The notes: generated by a model not told the origin, from the sequence alone. 64,000 nt of DNA from Candidatus Melainabacteria bacterium RIFCSPLOWO2_02_FULL_35_15 (GCA_001784585.1 MFRN01000035.1:42925-106924), one strand, 5' to 3'. Counted from the first letter of the stretch, positions 25,939 through 36,453 are shown. Numbers and translations are program-made.

Positions 25939-28332
25939 TTAAATAATAAACTTCTCAAGCTTTAATTCAACCGGAGAATTTTCTGCGGCAAGCTCAAAGC
26001 CAGTAATTACTCTTGCCTGACCTCTAAGTAAGGTTCTCGAAAATTGCCGCAAAGCTTCTTCTGCAGAAATAATTCTTTGTTCAATATTATCAAGATTAGA
26101 TATTTCAGGATTTGAGTCATTTGCAATATCTTTTAACTCCTGTAAATTATTTCTTAGTGGTTGAACAGTCTGTGCACATCTGTTCTTTACCCGGTTATAC
26201 ATCCATTGCCAGCACTTAACAACATAACCTGAGTTTCGTCTGGCACCAGGATGATTTCCGGTAACATTTAAAGCAGGCATACCACCTGGTCTGTTAGCAG
26301 TTAAGAGCATTGCTATTTTTCCATTAGATGCAACAGTAGTTATAACTTCTGGTCCAATAATTTCTAAGGGAGAACATTGACGAAACGTAGGATATTCTGT
26401 AACCGGTAATTCAAGATCTCTGGCTGGAATAATCTTAAAATAGTCATCTCCAAAAATGTCTTTTAATTCATTTGTTAAACTGGAAGTTATCTCATTAGGA
26501 GTATCTGAAATCTGTCCCTGTGAAATTGCATAATGTGACCAAAGTGACCTAAAGCTATTTTGAAAATGTCCTACCACTCTGGTTTGCTCTCTCAATCCAT
26601 ATAAATGCCGGCTTAATGCAGCCCTGTCAATCTGACGATTAAAATACTCATCAAACATTCTTAAAACCCGATTTAATTCATCTTTCTGTGGATCATTTTT
26701 AAGTCTTGTTTGAAGGTCTGTTCTGAATAACCCAGCCTCTCTTCTTAATATTTCATCAGATGGCGGAGGCTCAATATATAAAGCCATTCTTTTAAAAACA
26801 GCCTTATTCCAGTTTCTAATTAAAGTATTAGCATCAAGTGAAGCATTTAAATCAACACACATTTCTTGTCTTGCCTGTTGGCAGGCATCAGGAAAGAATT
26901 TTATATAAAGATCAATAATATTATTCACCCTTCTTTTTAAATGCTGAACTCTTTCCTCTTCCAGGTGTGACAAATAAATATTTCTTCCGACTATTCCGGC
27001 AGGAATTAATACAGCAGCAATTCCTCCTGTAATCATTACAGTTTTATTAAAGAAGCGTCTACTAATAACCTTTTGTGCTTCGATCTCAGCCACCCTCAGA
27101 CATTCATTTTCTAAAGCAGTTTTGCATATTGTTAGAACTTTTTCTTTAGTCTTTGCACAGATATCGTCAACAGTAATTTTTGGTGATATATCAGTTTTAC
27201 CGCTTTCAGAATTGCCAGATCTTCTTAAACTTACTGAAGTGCCCTGATTAGGCAAGTCATTTGTTTGTGTCTTGGTTTTTAGTTCTCCTTTTTTATCTGT
27301 AATTTTATAATTACCGGAAATCTTTTGCATACTTTTCCGGCGCTGGTCATGAGCCTTTGCCATATCTGCCTTTAACTTATTACTTAACTCGTTTCTGATT
27401 TCAGCTAATTTACTTAGTAAGAAATTTTGTTCATGTTCTTCAATGCCAAGTATTTTTCTGGCATTTTCAATCTTAGCTCTTTGAACTATTTCAGGTAAAA
27501 CACGCATTGCAGCAAGAAGGGTTTCCGGTGAATTTTTAATTTCATGGAGCAGATAATCAATAAATCTGTTATATTTACGGTCTGTAGAACCATTTACTTC
27601 CTGTACTTTTGCCGTACTTAAAGTATGCACTAATACTCTTTGCCCGTTTCCTAAGTAGCTAAGCAGTTTTTCTACTGCTTCATTATCCTTACTTCTCATC
27701 TTATTCAGAAATTTCAAAACATTTCTGCTGACTGTCAGCTCACAGGGAGTCCCTGGACAATTTTGAGGACCCAGCAAATCTTTTGTTAAATCCTGAGGCA
27801 GAGAGTCTAGTCCTTCAGCTACGAACTCTAAAAATAATTCTTCTCCGTTAACACACAGGTTTTTTCTAAAAGCTTCTATATATGCGGTTGTATCTCCATG
27901 AAAAATCTCATCAATAACAGTTTCTCTTTCTTCCACAATTTTTTTTGCTTCTTTATGTGTACCTTGCGGATATTTAAAGTTTCCTATCTTACTTTTATCC
28001 AGGATTCCTTTAAGAAAATCTTTTCCATCAAGAAATCCAATGCTATGTAATGCATTCTTTTCTAATCGCTCTACTAAGGTTTGCTCTGATTTTGCATCTC
28101 TCCAAAAACCATACAAAGGTATATCTAACAAGTAACTAAGTTTTGTTCTGCTGCCTGGAGCATCAACCAGTCTGGTTCTAAATAATTTAGACAATTCAGT
28201 GCTGTTGCCAGGTTCAGTACATGATCCATCGTTAGCAGGGATATTAACTGAAGTATTATCAGCACTCTCAACAGGTCTTTTCCAAATAAAAGGCGTACAA
28301 ATAGTTTTAAATACTTTTTTAACTAAAGACAT
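25939..28332 (-). CDS. Large hypothetical protein (797 aa) with no recognisable domain and one central hydrophobic segment
   Basis: Long uninterrupted ORF, divergent from the Ser/Thr kinase gene. Central TM-like segment VMITGGIAAVLIPAGIVG. Confidence 0.55.
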   Translation of the reverse strand: MSLVKKVFKTICTPFIWKRPVESADNTSVNIPANDGSCTEPGNSTELSKLFRTRLVDAPGSRTKLSYLLDIPLYGFWRDAKSEQTLVERLEKNALHSIGFLDGKDFLKGILDKSKIGNFKYPQGTHKEAKKIVEERETVIDEIFHGDTTAYIEAFRKNLCVNGEELFLEFVAEGLDSLPQDLTKDLLGPQNCPGTPCELTVSRNVLKFLNKMRSKDNEAVEKLLSYLGNGQRVLVHTLSTAKVQEVNGSTDRKYNRFIDYLLHEIKNSPETLLAAMRVLPEIVQRAKIENARKILGIEEHEQNFLLSKLAEIRNELSNKLKADMAKAHDQRRKSMQKISGNYKITDKKGELKTKTQTNDLPNQGTSVSLRRSGNSESGKTDISPKITVDDICAKTKEKVLTICKTALENECLRVAEIEAQKVISRRFFNKTVMITGGIAAVLIPAGIVGRNIYLSHLEEERVQHLKRRVNNIIDLYIKFFPDACQQARQEMCVDLNASLDANTLIRNWNKAVFKRMALYIEPPPSDEILRREAGLFRTDLQTRLKNDPQKDELNRVLRMFDEYFNRQIDRAALSRHLYGLREQTRVVGHFQNSFRSLWSHYAISQGQISDTPNEITSSLTNELKDIFGDDYFKIIPARDLELPVTEYPTFRQCSPLEIIGPEVITTVASNGKIAMLLTANRPGGMPALNVTGNHPGARRNSGYVVKCWQWMYNRVKNRCAQTVQPLRNNLQELKDIANDSNPEISNLDNIEQRIISAEEALRQFSRTLLRGQARVITGFELAAENSPVELKLEKFII

Positions 28333-28570
28333 AGTGATCCAAAAAGTGTTAAATCATAAATTCAGGTGATCTTACTTAGATTACCAAAACAAAATATGTA
28401 ACTAAAGTAGCTGAGATTAAAAAAAAATTAATATATTCATAAATGTTACGAAATAAGGTTAATAAAAGTGATCCAATAAGCTACAGGTTAAGAAATTAAG
28501 TTAAGAAACAAAGCTAATTCTTTAAATAAATTTCTTAAATGATTTATACTTGTAAACTATTAGAGGACTT

Positions 28571-29725
28571 ATGGGTGACTCGTTAACAATAAAACCAGTG
28601 CTGGCAAACGGGCCAACTGCAAAACTTTCTGGTCCGCCAGATAATGGACAAAAAGAAACAGTCCCGCCAATAAACAATCAGGCTGCTATAATTCCTCTAT
28701 TAGAAAGATCGGGGGTTCCAACAAGTGCTTATGTACCGTCTCCCGATACAACAAGTGATTTTCTTCTAGTCTCAGATTCAGGCAAGGTTTTTACTATGCC
28801 AGTTTTTCCAAATGGAAAAGAAATTTCCGGAATAAAAGGAAATTACACTATTATTGAAAGAGTTGGAATTGGCGGAGTAGGAGAAGTATATAAAGCAAAA
28901 AACAATGATACCGGAGAATTTGCGGCTGTAAAAGTAGTAAGCCTGGAAAACCGGCACAACCCTGTAGTGGTTGCACGTTTTCTTAAAGAGATTGAAATAA
29001 CAAACAGACTACAGCACCCCGGTATAATAAGGATTATAGATCTGGAAAAAACAGATGGCAAAAATGATCAGGAACATCCGCCTTGTTTTTTAGTAATGCC
29101 ATATATTGAGGGCGGGTCGCTTGAGCAGGAATTAAAAAAGAATCACAAAATAAATCCAATTGATGTAGTGAAAATTGCTATTGGAATTTCTGATGCTTTA
29201 GATCATGCGCACAGACAAAGGCCTTCAATATTACATCGTGATATTAAACCAGGAAATATTATGCTCGATGATAAAGGTAATCCAATTCTTGTAGATTTTA
29301 ATATTGGTTCAATTGAAGATGCCTCTACAATAAATCCAACTGGTCAGGAACTGCCCAAAACATATCATTATATGTCGCCTGAACAAGCCAGAGGTATTGG
29401 GAAAGAGCAATTACCTCCTGCTACAGATCTGTTTTCTTTAGGATCTACAATGTTTCATTTAGTAACCGGAGAGTATCCTTTTACCGGAGATAAGCCTGGA
29501 ATAGTATCAACCAGAATTCAGGATCCTTTTGATTATCCAAAATTGCCTCATGAAATTAATCCAGAGGTACCTCTGGAATTAAGTGTACTAATTATGGATA
29601 TTATGGCTAAGGATTACCAGGATAGAGAAGATATGTTTCCCCAGGGAGCTCTTAGTGTTAAACAAAGATTATGCTGGATACTAAGCGATATGGAAAAAGA
29701 TAAATCAACTAGCGTAGCAGCTTAA
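28571..29725 (+). CDS. Hanks-type Ser/Thr protein kinase with an ~90-aa N-terminal extension
   Basis: 384 aa. Gly-loop GIGGVGEVYKA, VAIK-like AVKVV, catalytic loop HRDIKPGNIML, DFN in place of DFG, and MSPEQ (APE-like) are present. Confidence 0.8.
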   Translation: MGDSLTIKPVLANGPTAKLSGPPDNGQKETVPPINNQAAIIPLLERSGVPTSAYVPSPDTTSDFLLVSDSGKVFTMPVFPNGKEISGIKGNYTIIERVGIGGVGEVYKAKNNDTGEFAAVKVVSLENRHNPVVVARFLKEIEITNRLQHPGIIRIIDLEKTDGKNDQEHPPCFLVMPYIEGGSLEQELKKNHKINPIDVVKIAIGISDALDHAHRQRPSILHRDIKPGNIMLDDKGNPILVDFNIGSIEDASTINPTGQELPKTYHYMSPEQARGIGKEQLPPATDLFSLGSTMFHLVTGEYPFTGDKPGIVSTRIQDPFDYPKLPHEINPEVPLELSVLIMDIMAKDYQDREDMFPQGALSVKQRLCWILSDMEKDKSTSVAA

Positions 29726-29849
29726 TTTTATGGGCAGTAGAGGTGTTCGCACCAGCATACTTAATTACAAAGAGCATTTGTTTATTCTGTGATTATAGGG
29801 AAATTATTTAAACAAAGGAAAAAGTTAAGACAGTTTTTGACAAGGTTTT

Positions 29850-31004
29850 CTATTTAAAAATCTTATTTATTCCATCTTGCCAATAATAGCATTGTATACC
29901 ATCAATTAACTTAGATTTTTTATCTTTGGATAAAACAAGCGCTTCAGATTTAGAAATGTCATTTATAAATTGCTTTAAAGTTTTAACTGCTCTATCATCA
30001 ATATTATCACTAGATTTTATCTCAATAAGCAGAGTTGTTTTACCAGGTCTCTCAACAATAAGATCAATTTCAGCATGATCTTTTGTTAGCAAGTATGAGA
30101 GTTTAAAATCCTTTTTAAAATATAGATTTAGTCTGTAAATTTCAGAAATAACCCAGTGTTCAAAAGATTTTCCATAAGCGTAAGTGTTTGGTAAGACGGT
30201 TTGAGTTAAAGTATTACATAGTGCTCTTTTAACTCCAGAATCAAAAAAGTAAAATTTAGGACTTTGACGTTGCTGTTTTCTGATAGACTTATGATAAGGT
30301 TCTAACAAAAACCCAAGTAATGTATCTTCTAAAATTTGATAGTAAGATTGGACTGTTTTAGTATCAGCTCCAACATCGCGTGCAATGTTAGTAAAATTAA
30401 CAATTTCACAATTGGATTGTGCTGAAATTTCTAAAAATTTTCTAAAAGGATCTAACTTTCTAATTATATGCTCTGCCCATATTTCTTCCTTTAAATAGGT
30501 TTGAGCATAGCTTCGCAGATATTCTTGCTTTTCTTTATCTGCTTTCAAATGAAAAATTTCTGGTAAACTACCCCAGTTTAAACAATGATTTAAATCAAAT
30601 TCTTTCTTTAGCTCAAGTGAGGTCATGGGATGCATGTAATTTACAAAAGCTCTTCCTGCTAATAAATTTGCACTTCCATATTTTAATTTTCTTGCACTTG
30701 AGCCGGTTAAAGCAAACCTTATATTTGTTGTTTCAATAAGGTGATGAACAATATCTAAAAGTTTAGGTACTTTTTGAACTTCATCGATAACAACCCAAGA
30801 TATCTTTTCCTTTGACATAATTTGTTCTTTAAAACTATTAGGTCGCTTTGAAAGTTCATCTTCTAGCTGTGGATCCAGCAAATCAAACCATAAAGTATTT
30901 TTTTTTGCAAAGAGCTGTTTTAAGAAGGTGGATTTTCCAGTGCCTCTTGCTCCAAAAAGAAAGAAGCTTCTTGATAAAGTTGGTTTGATTAGTCGTTGGA
31001 ACAT
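29850..31004 (-). CDS. AAA+ superfamily ATPase with DUF4143 (paralog of 18064..19356)
   Basis: 384 aa. Walker A LFGARGTGKSTF and Walker B VVIDEVQ are present. Domain order matches the other copy. Confidence 0.7.
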   Translation of the reverse strand: MFQRLIKPTLSRSFFLFGARGTGKSTFLKQLFAKKNTLWFDLLDPQLEDELSKRPNSFKEQIMSKEKISWVVIDEVQKVPKLLDIVHHLIETTNIRFALTGSSARKLKYGSANLLAGRAFVNYMHPMTSLELKKEFDLNHCLNWGSLPEIFHLKADKEKQEYLRSYAQTYLKEEIWAEHIIRKLDPFRKFLEISAQSNCEIVNFTNIARDVGADTKTVQSYYQILEDTLLGFLLEPYHKSIRKQQRQSPKFYFFDSGVKRALCNTLTQTVLPNTYAYGKSFEHWVISEIYRLNLYFKKDFKLSYLLTKDHAEIDLIVERPGKTTLLIEIKSSDNIDDRAVKTLKQFINDISKSEALVLSKDKKSKLIDGIQCYYWQDGINKIFK

Positions 31005-31113
31005 GCTCCATAAGTATCGGATAAATATGGAGTATTGTCAAGCATCAATTTACATTTTAAATCAGCGTTTTGCATGGTATAATGCTGTCATAGACAACGA
31101 TTTATAGGGTAAA

Positions 31114-31293
31114 ATGTATAAACGAGAAATAAAAGCCAGCGCTAATCCTTCTTTAAGCAGTTTGAAAGGATTAAAATCATTTTTAGATATTGATTCAAAA
31201 GCAAAACTAATCTGTGCTTCCCGTGTAACAAAAAGATATGTAGATAGTGGCATTACGTTTATTCCATGGCAGGAACTGTTTGAGCTTTTATAA
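31114..31293 (+). CDS. Small hypothetical ORF (59 aa), not in the supplied ORF track
   Basis: An extended -10 TGgTATAAT lies at 31075-31083 and an AGGG RBS about 7 nt before ATG 31114. It translates to MYKREIKASANPSLSSLKGLKSFLDIDSKAKLICASRVTKRYVDSGITFIPWQELFELL. It overlaps the opposite-strand 63-aa track ORF. Confidence 0.25.
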   Translation: MYKREIKASANPSLSSLKGLKSFLDIDSKAKLICASRVTKRYVDSGITFIPWQELFELL

Positions 31294-31346
31294 AATTGAT
31301 AATGATTCTTCTTTATGTTGGCAATAAAAGCTTATCCAGACTTGTA

Positions 31347-32909
31347 TTAACCATACTCCTTAAAGTTCTTTTCAAACATTTCCATTAGTTCTTTTGCTTT
31401 TTTATCATAAGCAGCAGGATCTTTCCAGGTGTTTTTTGGCTGTAAAATTTCAGCAGGTACTCCCGGGCATAAAACAGGAATATTAACTCCGAAAATAGGA
31501 TCTGTTTTAGTTTCAATATTTTTTAAACTGCCGTCAAGAACTGCTTTTATCATGGCTCGTGTAAGAGGAAGCTTCATTCTGCTTCCTGTGCCATATGGTC
31601 CGCCGCTCCAGCCTGTATTTATAAGCCAGACATCAACACTGTGGTTTTTAATTTTCTCACCCAGAAGTTTTGCATAGATCTGCGGGTGAAGAGCCATAAA
31701 AGGCCCTCCAAAACAAGGACTGAATGTAGCCTGTGGCTCGGTAATCCCACGTTCAGTTCCGGCTACTTTTGCAGTATAACCAGAAATAAAGTGATACATT
31801 GCCTGCTCAAATGTAAGCTTTGAAATGGGGGGGAGTACTCCGAATGCATCACAGGTAAGCATAATTATATTTTTTGGATGACCGGCTGTTCCTTTTAATG
31901 TCATATTTGGAATAAATGAAACAGGATAGGAGCCTCTTGTATTTTCAGTAATTGAATCACTGTTTAAGTCTATTTCCCGTGTAAGAGGATCTATGACTAC
32001 ATTTTCAAGCATAGTGCCAAACCGCTTTGTGGTTTCATAAATCTCCGGTTCTGTTTTTTCTGAAAGTTTTATTACTTTTGCATAACAGCCGCCTTCAAAA
32101 TTAAATACACCGTGATCACTCCAGCCGTGCTCGTCATCACCAATTAAGGTTCTGTCAGGATCGGCAGAAAGAGTAGTTTTCCCGGTTCCTGATAAACCAA
32201 AAAATATTGCTGTGTCGTTTTCATCTTTTCCGTAATTTGCTGATGCATGCATGGGCATTATGCCTTTTTGTGGAAGGAGATAGTTCATAACTGAGAACAT
32301 GGATTTTTTAATTTCACCGGCATAAGATGTCCCGCCAATTAAAATTAATTTTTCCTTAAAGTTTAAAACAATAAATGTACCTGAGTTAGTGCCATGAACT
32401 TTAGGATCAGCATTTAAAGAAGGTGCATGTAAAACAGTAAACTCAGGAGTAAAGTTTTCAAGTTTCTTTAGATCATTTTCCTGAATAAACATAGTACCTG
32501 CAAAAAATGCTCCGATAGCACGTTCTGATATTATCCGTAAGGTTATTCTGTACCTGTCATCTGCTCCTACATAACAATCTTTAACAAATAAATCTTTTCT
32601 TTGCAAGTGTTCAAGAATAAGTTTTTTAAGTTGGATAAATTTTTCTTCATCAATTGGCTGGTTAATTTTTCCCCACCAGACTTTATCAGCAGTCACCGAA
32701 TCTTTAACGATGAACTTATCTTTTGGGGATCGTCCGGTAAATGGGGAGGTGTTTACTACTATGGGACCATATTTACCAGTCAGTCCTTCGTTTCTGTTTA
32801 TAGCTTCTTCATATAATGCTGGTGTTGAAAGATTCCAGTAAATTTTTCCGTGAGGCTTAACTCCAAAACTTTCTAAACTTTTATTTTTTTCTATTAATGT
32901 TGATTTCAT
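31347..32909 (-). CDS. pckA: Phosphoenolpyruvate carboxykinase (ATP)
   Basis: Motifs FTGRSPKDKFIV, GGTSYAGEIKKS and the kinase-1a FFGLSGTGKTTLS are present. The track ORF starts at 32957, but by homology the start is probably the internal Met MKSTLIEK at 32909. Confidence 0.85.
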   Translation of the reverse strand: MKSTLIEKNKSLESFGVKPHGKIYWNLSTPALYEEAINRNEGLTGKYGPIVVNTSPFTGRSPKDKFIVKDSVTADKVWWGKINQPIDEEKFIQLKKLILEHLQRKDLFVKDCYVGADDRYRITLRIISERAIGAFFAGTMFIQENDLKKLENFTPEFTVLHAPSLNADPKVHGTNSGTFIVLNFKEKLILIGGTSYAGEIKKSMFSVMNYLLPQKGIMPMHASANYGKDENDTAIFFGLSGTGKTTLSADPDRTLIGDDEHGWSDHGVFNFEGGCYAKVIKLSEKTEPEIYETTKRFGTMLENVVIDPLTREIDLNSDSITENTRGSYPVSFIPNMTLKGTAGHPKNIIMLTCDAFGVLPPISKLTFEQAMYHFISGYTAKVAGTERGITEPQATFSPCFGGPFMALHPQIYAKLLGEKIKNHSVDVWLINTGWSGGPYGTGSRMKLPLTRAMIKAVLDGSLKNIETKTDPIFGVNIPVLCPGVPAEILQPKNTWKDPAAYDKKAKELMEMFEKNFKEYG

Positions 32910-32964
32910 ATGTTTCTCCCTGAACATATTTAATATTATAACTAAAAATGCTATCATTTTAAAT

Positions 32965-34209
32965 ATGCCGATTCTTGTTCAAAAATTTGGTGGTACATCT
33001 GTTCGGGACGCTATTTGTATAAAGCGTGTAGCAAAAATTTCCACTGATGCACAAAAAGCTGGCTATCAAGTAGTAGTAGTAGTCTCTGCTATGGGAGATA
33101 CCACTGATAATTTAATTGATCTCGCCTGTGACGTTACACACAAACCAGATCCCAGAGAATATGATCTCTTACTTTCTACAGGCGAACAAATCAGTATTCC
33201 TCTTGTAGCAATGGCTATTCATGCACTTAGTACTAAAGCTATCTCACAGACAGGGTTACAGGTAGGAATAATGACTGAAGACAGGCATGGTAAAGCACGA
33301 ATAACAGAAATTAAAACAGCAAAAATAAAAAAATATTTGTCAGAAGGAAATATTGTAGTAGTAGCTGGTTTTCAGGGAATTAGCGAATCAACCGGAGAAA
33401 TTACTACACTTGGTCGCGGAGGATCAGATACTACTGCAGTAGCACTTGCAGTAGCACTTGGAGCTGAGCGTTGTGATATTTATACAGATGTGGAAGGAGT
33501 GTTTACAACTGATCCTGAAATAGTAAAGGATGCTACAAGATTAAAATATATTTCATATGAAGAAATGCTTGAGCTGGCAAGCTTAGGAGCAGGGATATTA
33601 CATCCAAGATCTGTAGAAATTGCTAAAAATTATAATATGCCTATGCGGGTTAGGAGTAGCTTTAAACCCCAGGATGAGGGTACACTAATAAAAGGAGTTA
33701 AAGAAATGGAGTTAAATAATCCTGTGAGCGGAGTTGCATTAGATGAATCTCAGGCAAGAATAGCAATAACTGGTGTACCTGATAAACCAGGTATTGCAGC
33801 AAAAGTTTTTGAATCTCTGGCTAAAAAAAATATCAGCGTTGATATGATCGTCCAATCCACAAGCAAAGATGGAATAAATGAAATAGCATTTACTGTAGAT
33901 AAAGATACTGTAGATGAGTCCACAAAAGCTACAAAAGAAATTGCAAAAGATATAAGTGCCACTGGTGTAACGGCTGATACAAATATTGCAAAGGTTTCAA
34001 TAGTCGGTGCTGGAATGATAGGCCGTCCAGGTATTGCAGCAGCCATGTTTAAAGCTCTTGCAGATTCAGGTATAAATATTCAGATGATTTCAACCAGTGA
34101 AATAAAAGTCAGTTGTGTTATAGATGCAAAAGATGGAGATAAAGCAATTCGTGCTATTCACAAAGTATTTGAACTGGACAAACTAAATAAAGAAAGGCAG
34201 AAGGTTTAA
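32965..34209 (+). CDS. lysC: Aspartate kinase
   Basis: 414 aa. The N-terminus ILVQKFGGTSV is present, with two C-terminal ACT domains. Confidence 0.85.
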   Translation: MPILVQKFGGTSVRDAICIKRVAKISTDAQKAGYQVVVVVSAMGDTTDNLIDLACDVTHKPDPREYDLLLSTGEQISIPLVAMAIHALSTKAISQTGLQVGIMTEDRHGKARITEIKTAKIKKYLSEGNIVVVAGFQGISESTGEITTLGRGGSDTTAVALAVALGAERCDIYTDVEGVFTTDPEIVKDATRLKYISYEEMLELASLGAGILHPRSVEIAKNYNMPMRVRSSFKPQDEGTLIKGVKEMELNNPVSGVALDESQARIAITGVPDKPGIAAKVFESLAKKNISVDMIVQSTSKDGINEIAFTVDKDTVDESTKATKEIAKDISATGVTADTNIAKVSIVGAGMIGRPGIAAAMFKALADSGINIQMISTSEIKVSCVIDAKDGDKAIRAIHKVFELDKLNKERQKV

Positions 34210-34327
34210 TAATATTAGGAAAGGTGGATAAGTTTTCCCATTTGTCTTTCCAGGATTTAATAACAATCGGATATTTCTTCCCCCATTGCTCATGAGTACA
34301 AGCTCCAGCAAGATAAAAAATTTGTAA

Positions 34328-35314
34328 CTAAGAAACTATAATCAAATTTCTTGTCCTTTTCTCAACCCATTCTTTATTATTTTTATACCAGTTAATTGTT
34401 TCATCCAGTGCTTCTTCAAAATTATATTTCTTTTTCCAGCCAAGTTTCGTTTGAATCTTTGTAGAATCCATTGCATATCTTCTGTCATGTCCTGGCCTGT
34501 CTTTTACAAAATTAATTAAACTTTCTGGTTTGTTAAGTCTCTTAAGTATAGATTTTGTAAGCTGTAAATTATTTAATTCACAGCTTCCACCGACGTTATA
34601 GACTTCACCAGTTTGCCCTTTTTCTAAAACCAGTTTTATTGCTTGGCAAAAATCATTTACATAAATCCAGTCTCTTACATTTAAACCATCGCCATAAACA
34701 GGTACTTTTTTATCCTCCAGGGCAAGTGAAATAAAATATGGAATTACTTTTTCAGGGTATTGGTATGGACCGAAATTATTTGAACACCTTATTATTAGCG
34801 AGTTTAAATTATAAGTTTCATGATATGCCCTGACTAAGTGATCTGCCCCTGCTTTACTGGCTGAGTAGGGGCTGTTAGGCTTTATAGGACTTTCTTCAGT
34901 GAACTTATGAGGTATTTCTATAGAACCGTAAACCTCATCTGTACTGATTTGTATATATTTATTCAGGTTTTGTTTTAAAGCTGCTTCTAAAAGCACATGT
35001 GTTCCCACAATATTTGTATCGATAAATGGCTGTGCTGAATGAATGCTTCTGTCTACATGGGTTTCAGCAGCAAAGTTTATTATACAGTCAGGGTTATATT
35101 TTTTTATTAGGCTTTCAATAAAATCATAGTCCTGAATATTGCCTTTAAAATACTGATAATTTTTTCTGCCTTCAATATCTTTCAGATTATCTAATCCACC
35201 AGCATAAGTTTGGGCATCAATGTTTGTAATAAATAAATCATTGCCACAAGACAAAATATACCTGATGAAATTAGATCCGATGAATCCTAGTCCGCCTGTT
35301 ACAATGATGTGCAT
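34328..35314 (-). CDS. rfbB: dTDP-glucose 4,6-dehydratase-like NAD-dependent sugar dehydratase/epimerase
   Basis: 328 aa. Rossmann GGLGFIGSNF and catalytic YSASKAGADHLVRAY are present. Confidence 0.75.
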   Translation of the reverse strand: MHIIVTGGLGFIGSNFIRYILSCGNDLFITNIDAQTYAGGLDNLKDIEGRKNYQYFKGNIQDYDFIESLIKKYNPDCIINFAAETHVDRSIHSAQPFIDTNIVGTHVLLEAALKQNLNKYIQISTDEVYGSIEIPHKFTEESPIKPNSPYSASKAGADHLVRAYHETYNLNSLIIRCSNNFGPYQYPEKVIPYFISLALEDKKVPVYGDGLNVRDWIYVNDFCQAIKLVLEKGQTGEVYNVGGSCELNNLQLTKSILKRLNKPESLINFVKDRPGHDRRYAMDSTKIQTKLGWKKKYNFEEALDETINWYKNNKEWVEKRTRNLIIVS

Positions 35315-36399
35315 TTAGTGTCATCTCCTATAACATATTTTATCTTTAGCTTTCTGATTCCGTTTAATTCTTCCGGATTCATTCTTGCAAACCTAACCTC
35401 TACATTTTTCCCCAGAACACTGTCTGTAATAGATGGAGGTAGATTTATAAGTTTGGTTTGATCACGGATTATTGAGTTTTCAATCTTTATATTTTCCATA
35501 TAAACACTATTACCAATGCTGACATAAGGGCCGATTTTACAGTGTTTCACCATAGAGCCTCTGGCAATAATTACTGGTCCGGTAATCTCCGAATCTTCAA
35601 TAATTACACCTTCTTCTATGATAATCTTTCCTTTGATTTTTACTGAGTCATTCATTTTTGAATCAATACAATTTGAGATACCATTAAGCAATGCCTGGTT
35701 ACCTTTTAACATATTTTCCGGGGTCCCGATATCATACCACCAGCTTTTTATAAGATAGTATTCTACCGGCCTATCTTGCTGAATTAAAAAATCTACTGCA
35801 TCAGTGATTTCAAGTTCATTTCTGTAACTTGGTTTTATATTTGCAATAGCGTAAAAGATTGAAGGTCGAAAAAAATAAATTCCACTAAGACAGAGATTTG
35901 ACTTAGGCTCCTGGGGCTTTTCAACAAGTTTTAAAACTTTTCCGTTTGATATTTCTGCTATTCCATAGGCTCTTGGATCTTCTATTTCTTTTAAGAGAAC
36001 CAGGCTCTCTGGTTTGTTTTTTATAAATTGTTCATGTGCTTTTTTTAGTTCACCTTTATTGATTAAAATATCTCCTAAAAACATTAGAAACGGAGCATCA
36101 TTCATATGCATGCTTGTAAGCTGGACTGCATGTGCTAACCCAAGAGGCTTGTCCTGAAAAACAAAATCAAACTGAAAATATTTTGAATGTTCTGAGTTTA
36201 TTAATTCTTCTCTGACTTTATGTCCGTATTCTTCACTTACCACTATACAAACTAATTTTACAGGTGTTTCTTCTTTTATTAAATCCAGAATGTGAAAAAG
36301 AGTTGGTCTGTTTGCTACAGGTAAAAGTTGTTTTGTAGTTGTATTTGTAAGCGGTGCTAATCTTTGTCCTGAGCCACCGCTTAGTATTACTGCTTTCAT
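35299..36399 (-). CDS. Sugar-1-phosphate nucleotidyltransferase (glucose-1-phosphate thymidylyl/uridylyltransferase-like) with a C-terminal left-handed beta-helix
   Basis: 366 aa. The N-terminus MKAVILSGGSGQRLAPLTNTTTKQLLPV is present. C-terminal hexapeptide repeats follow. Confidence 0.75.
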   Translation of the reverse strand: MKAVILSGGSGQRLAPLTNTTTKQLLPVANRPTLFHILDLIKEETPVKLVCIVVSEEYGHKVREELINSEHSKYFQFDFVFQDKPLGLAHAVQLTSMHMNDAPFLMFLGDILINKGELKKAHEQFIKNKPESLVLLKEIEDPRAYGIAEISNGKVLKLVEKPQEPKSNLCLSGIYFFRPSIFYAIANIKPSYRNELEITDAVDFLIQQDRPVEYYLIKSWWYDIGTPENMLKGNQALLNGISNCIDSKMNDSVKIKGKIIIEEGVIIEDSEITGPVIIARGSMVKHCKIGPYVSIGNSVYMENIKIENSIIRDQTKLINLPPSITDSVLGKNVEVRFARMNPEELNGIRKLKIKYVIGDDTKCTSL

Positions 36400-36453
36400 A
36401 GTTATAAATATACAATGTAATACGAATGATCTGTGTTAAATCATCTTAGCAAT

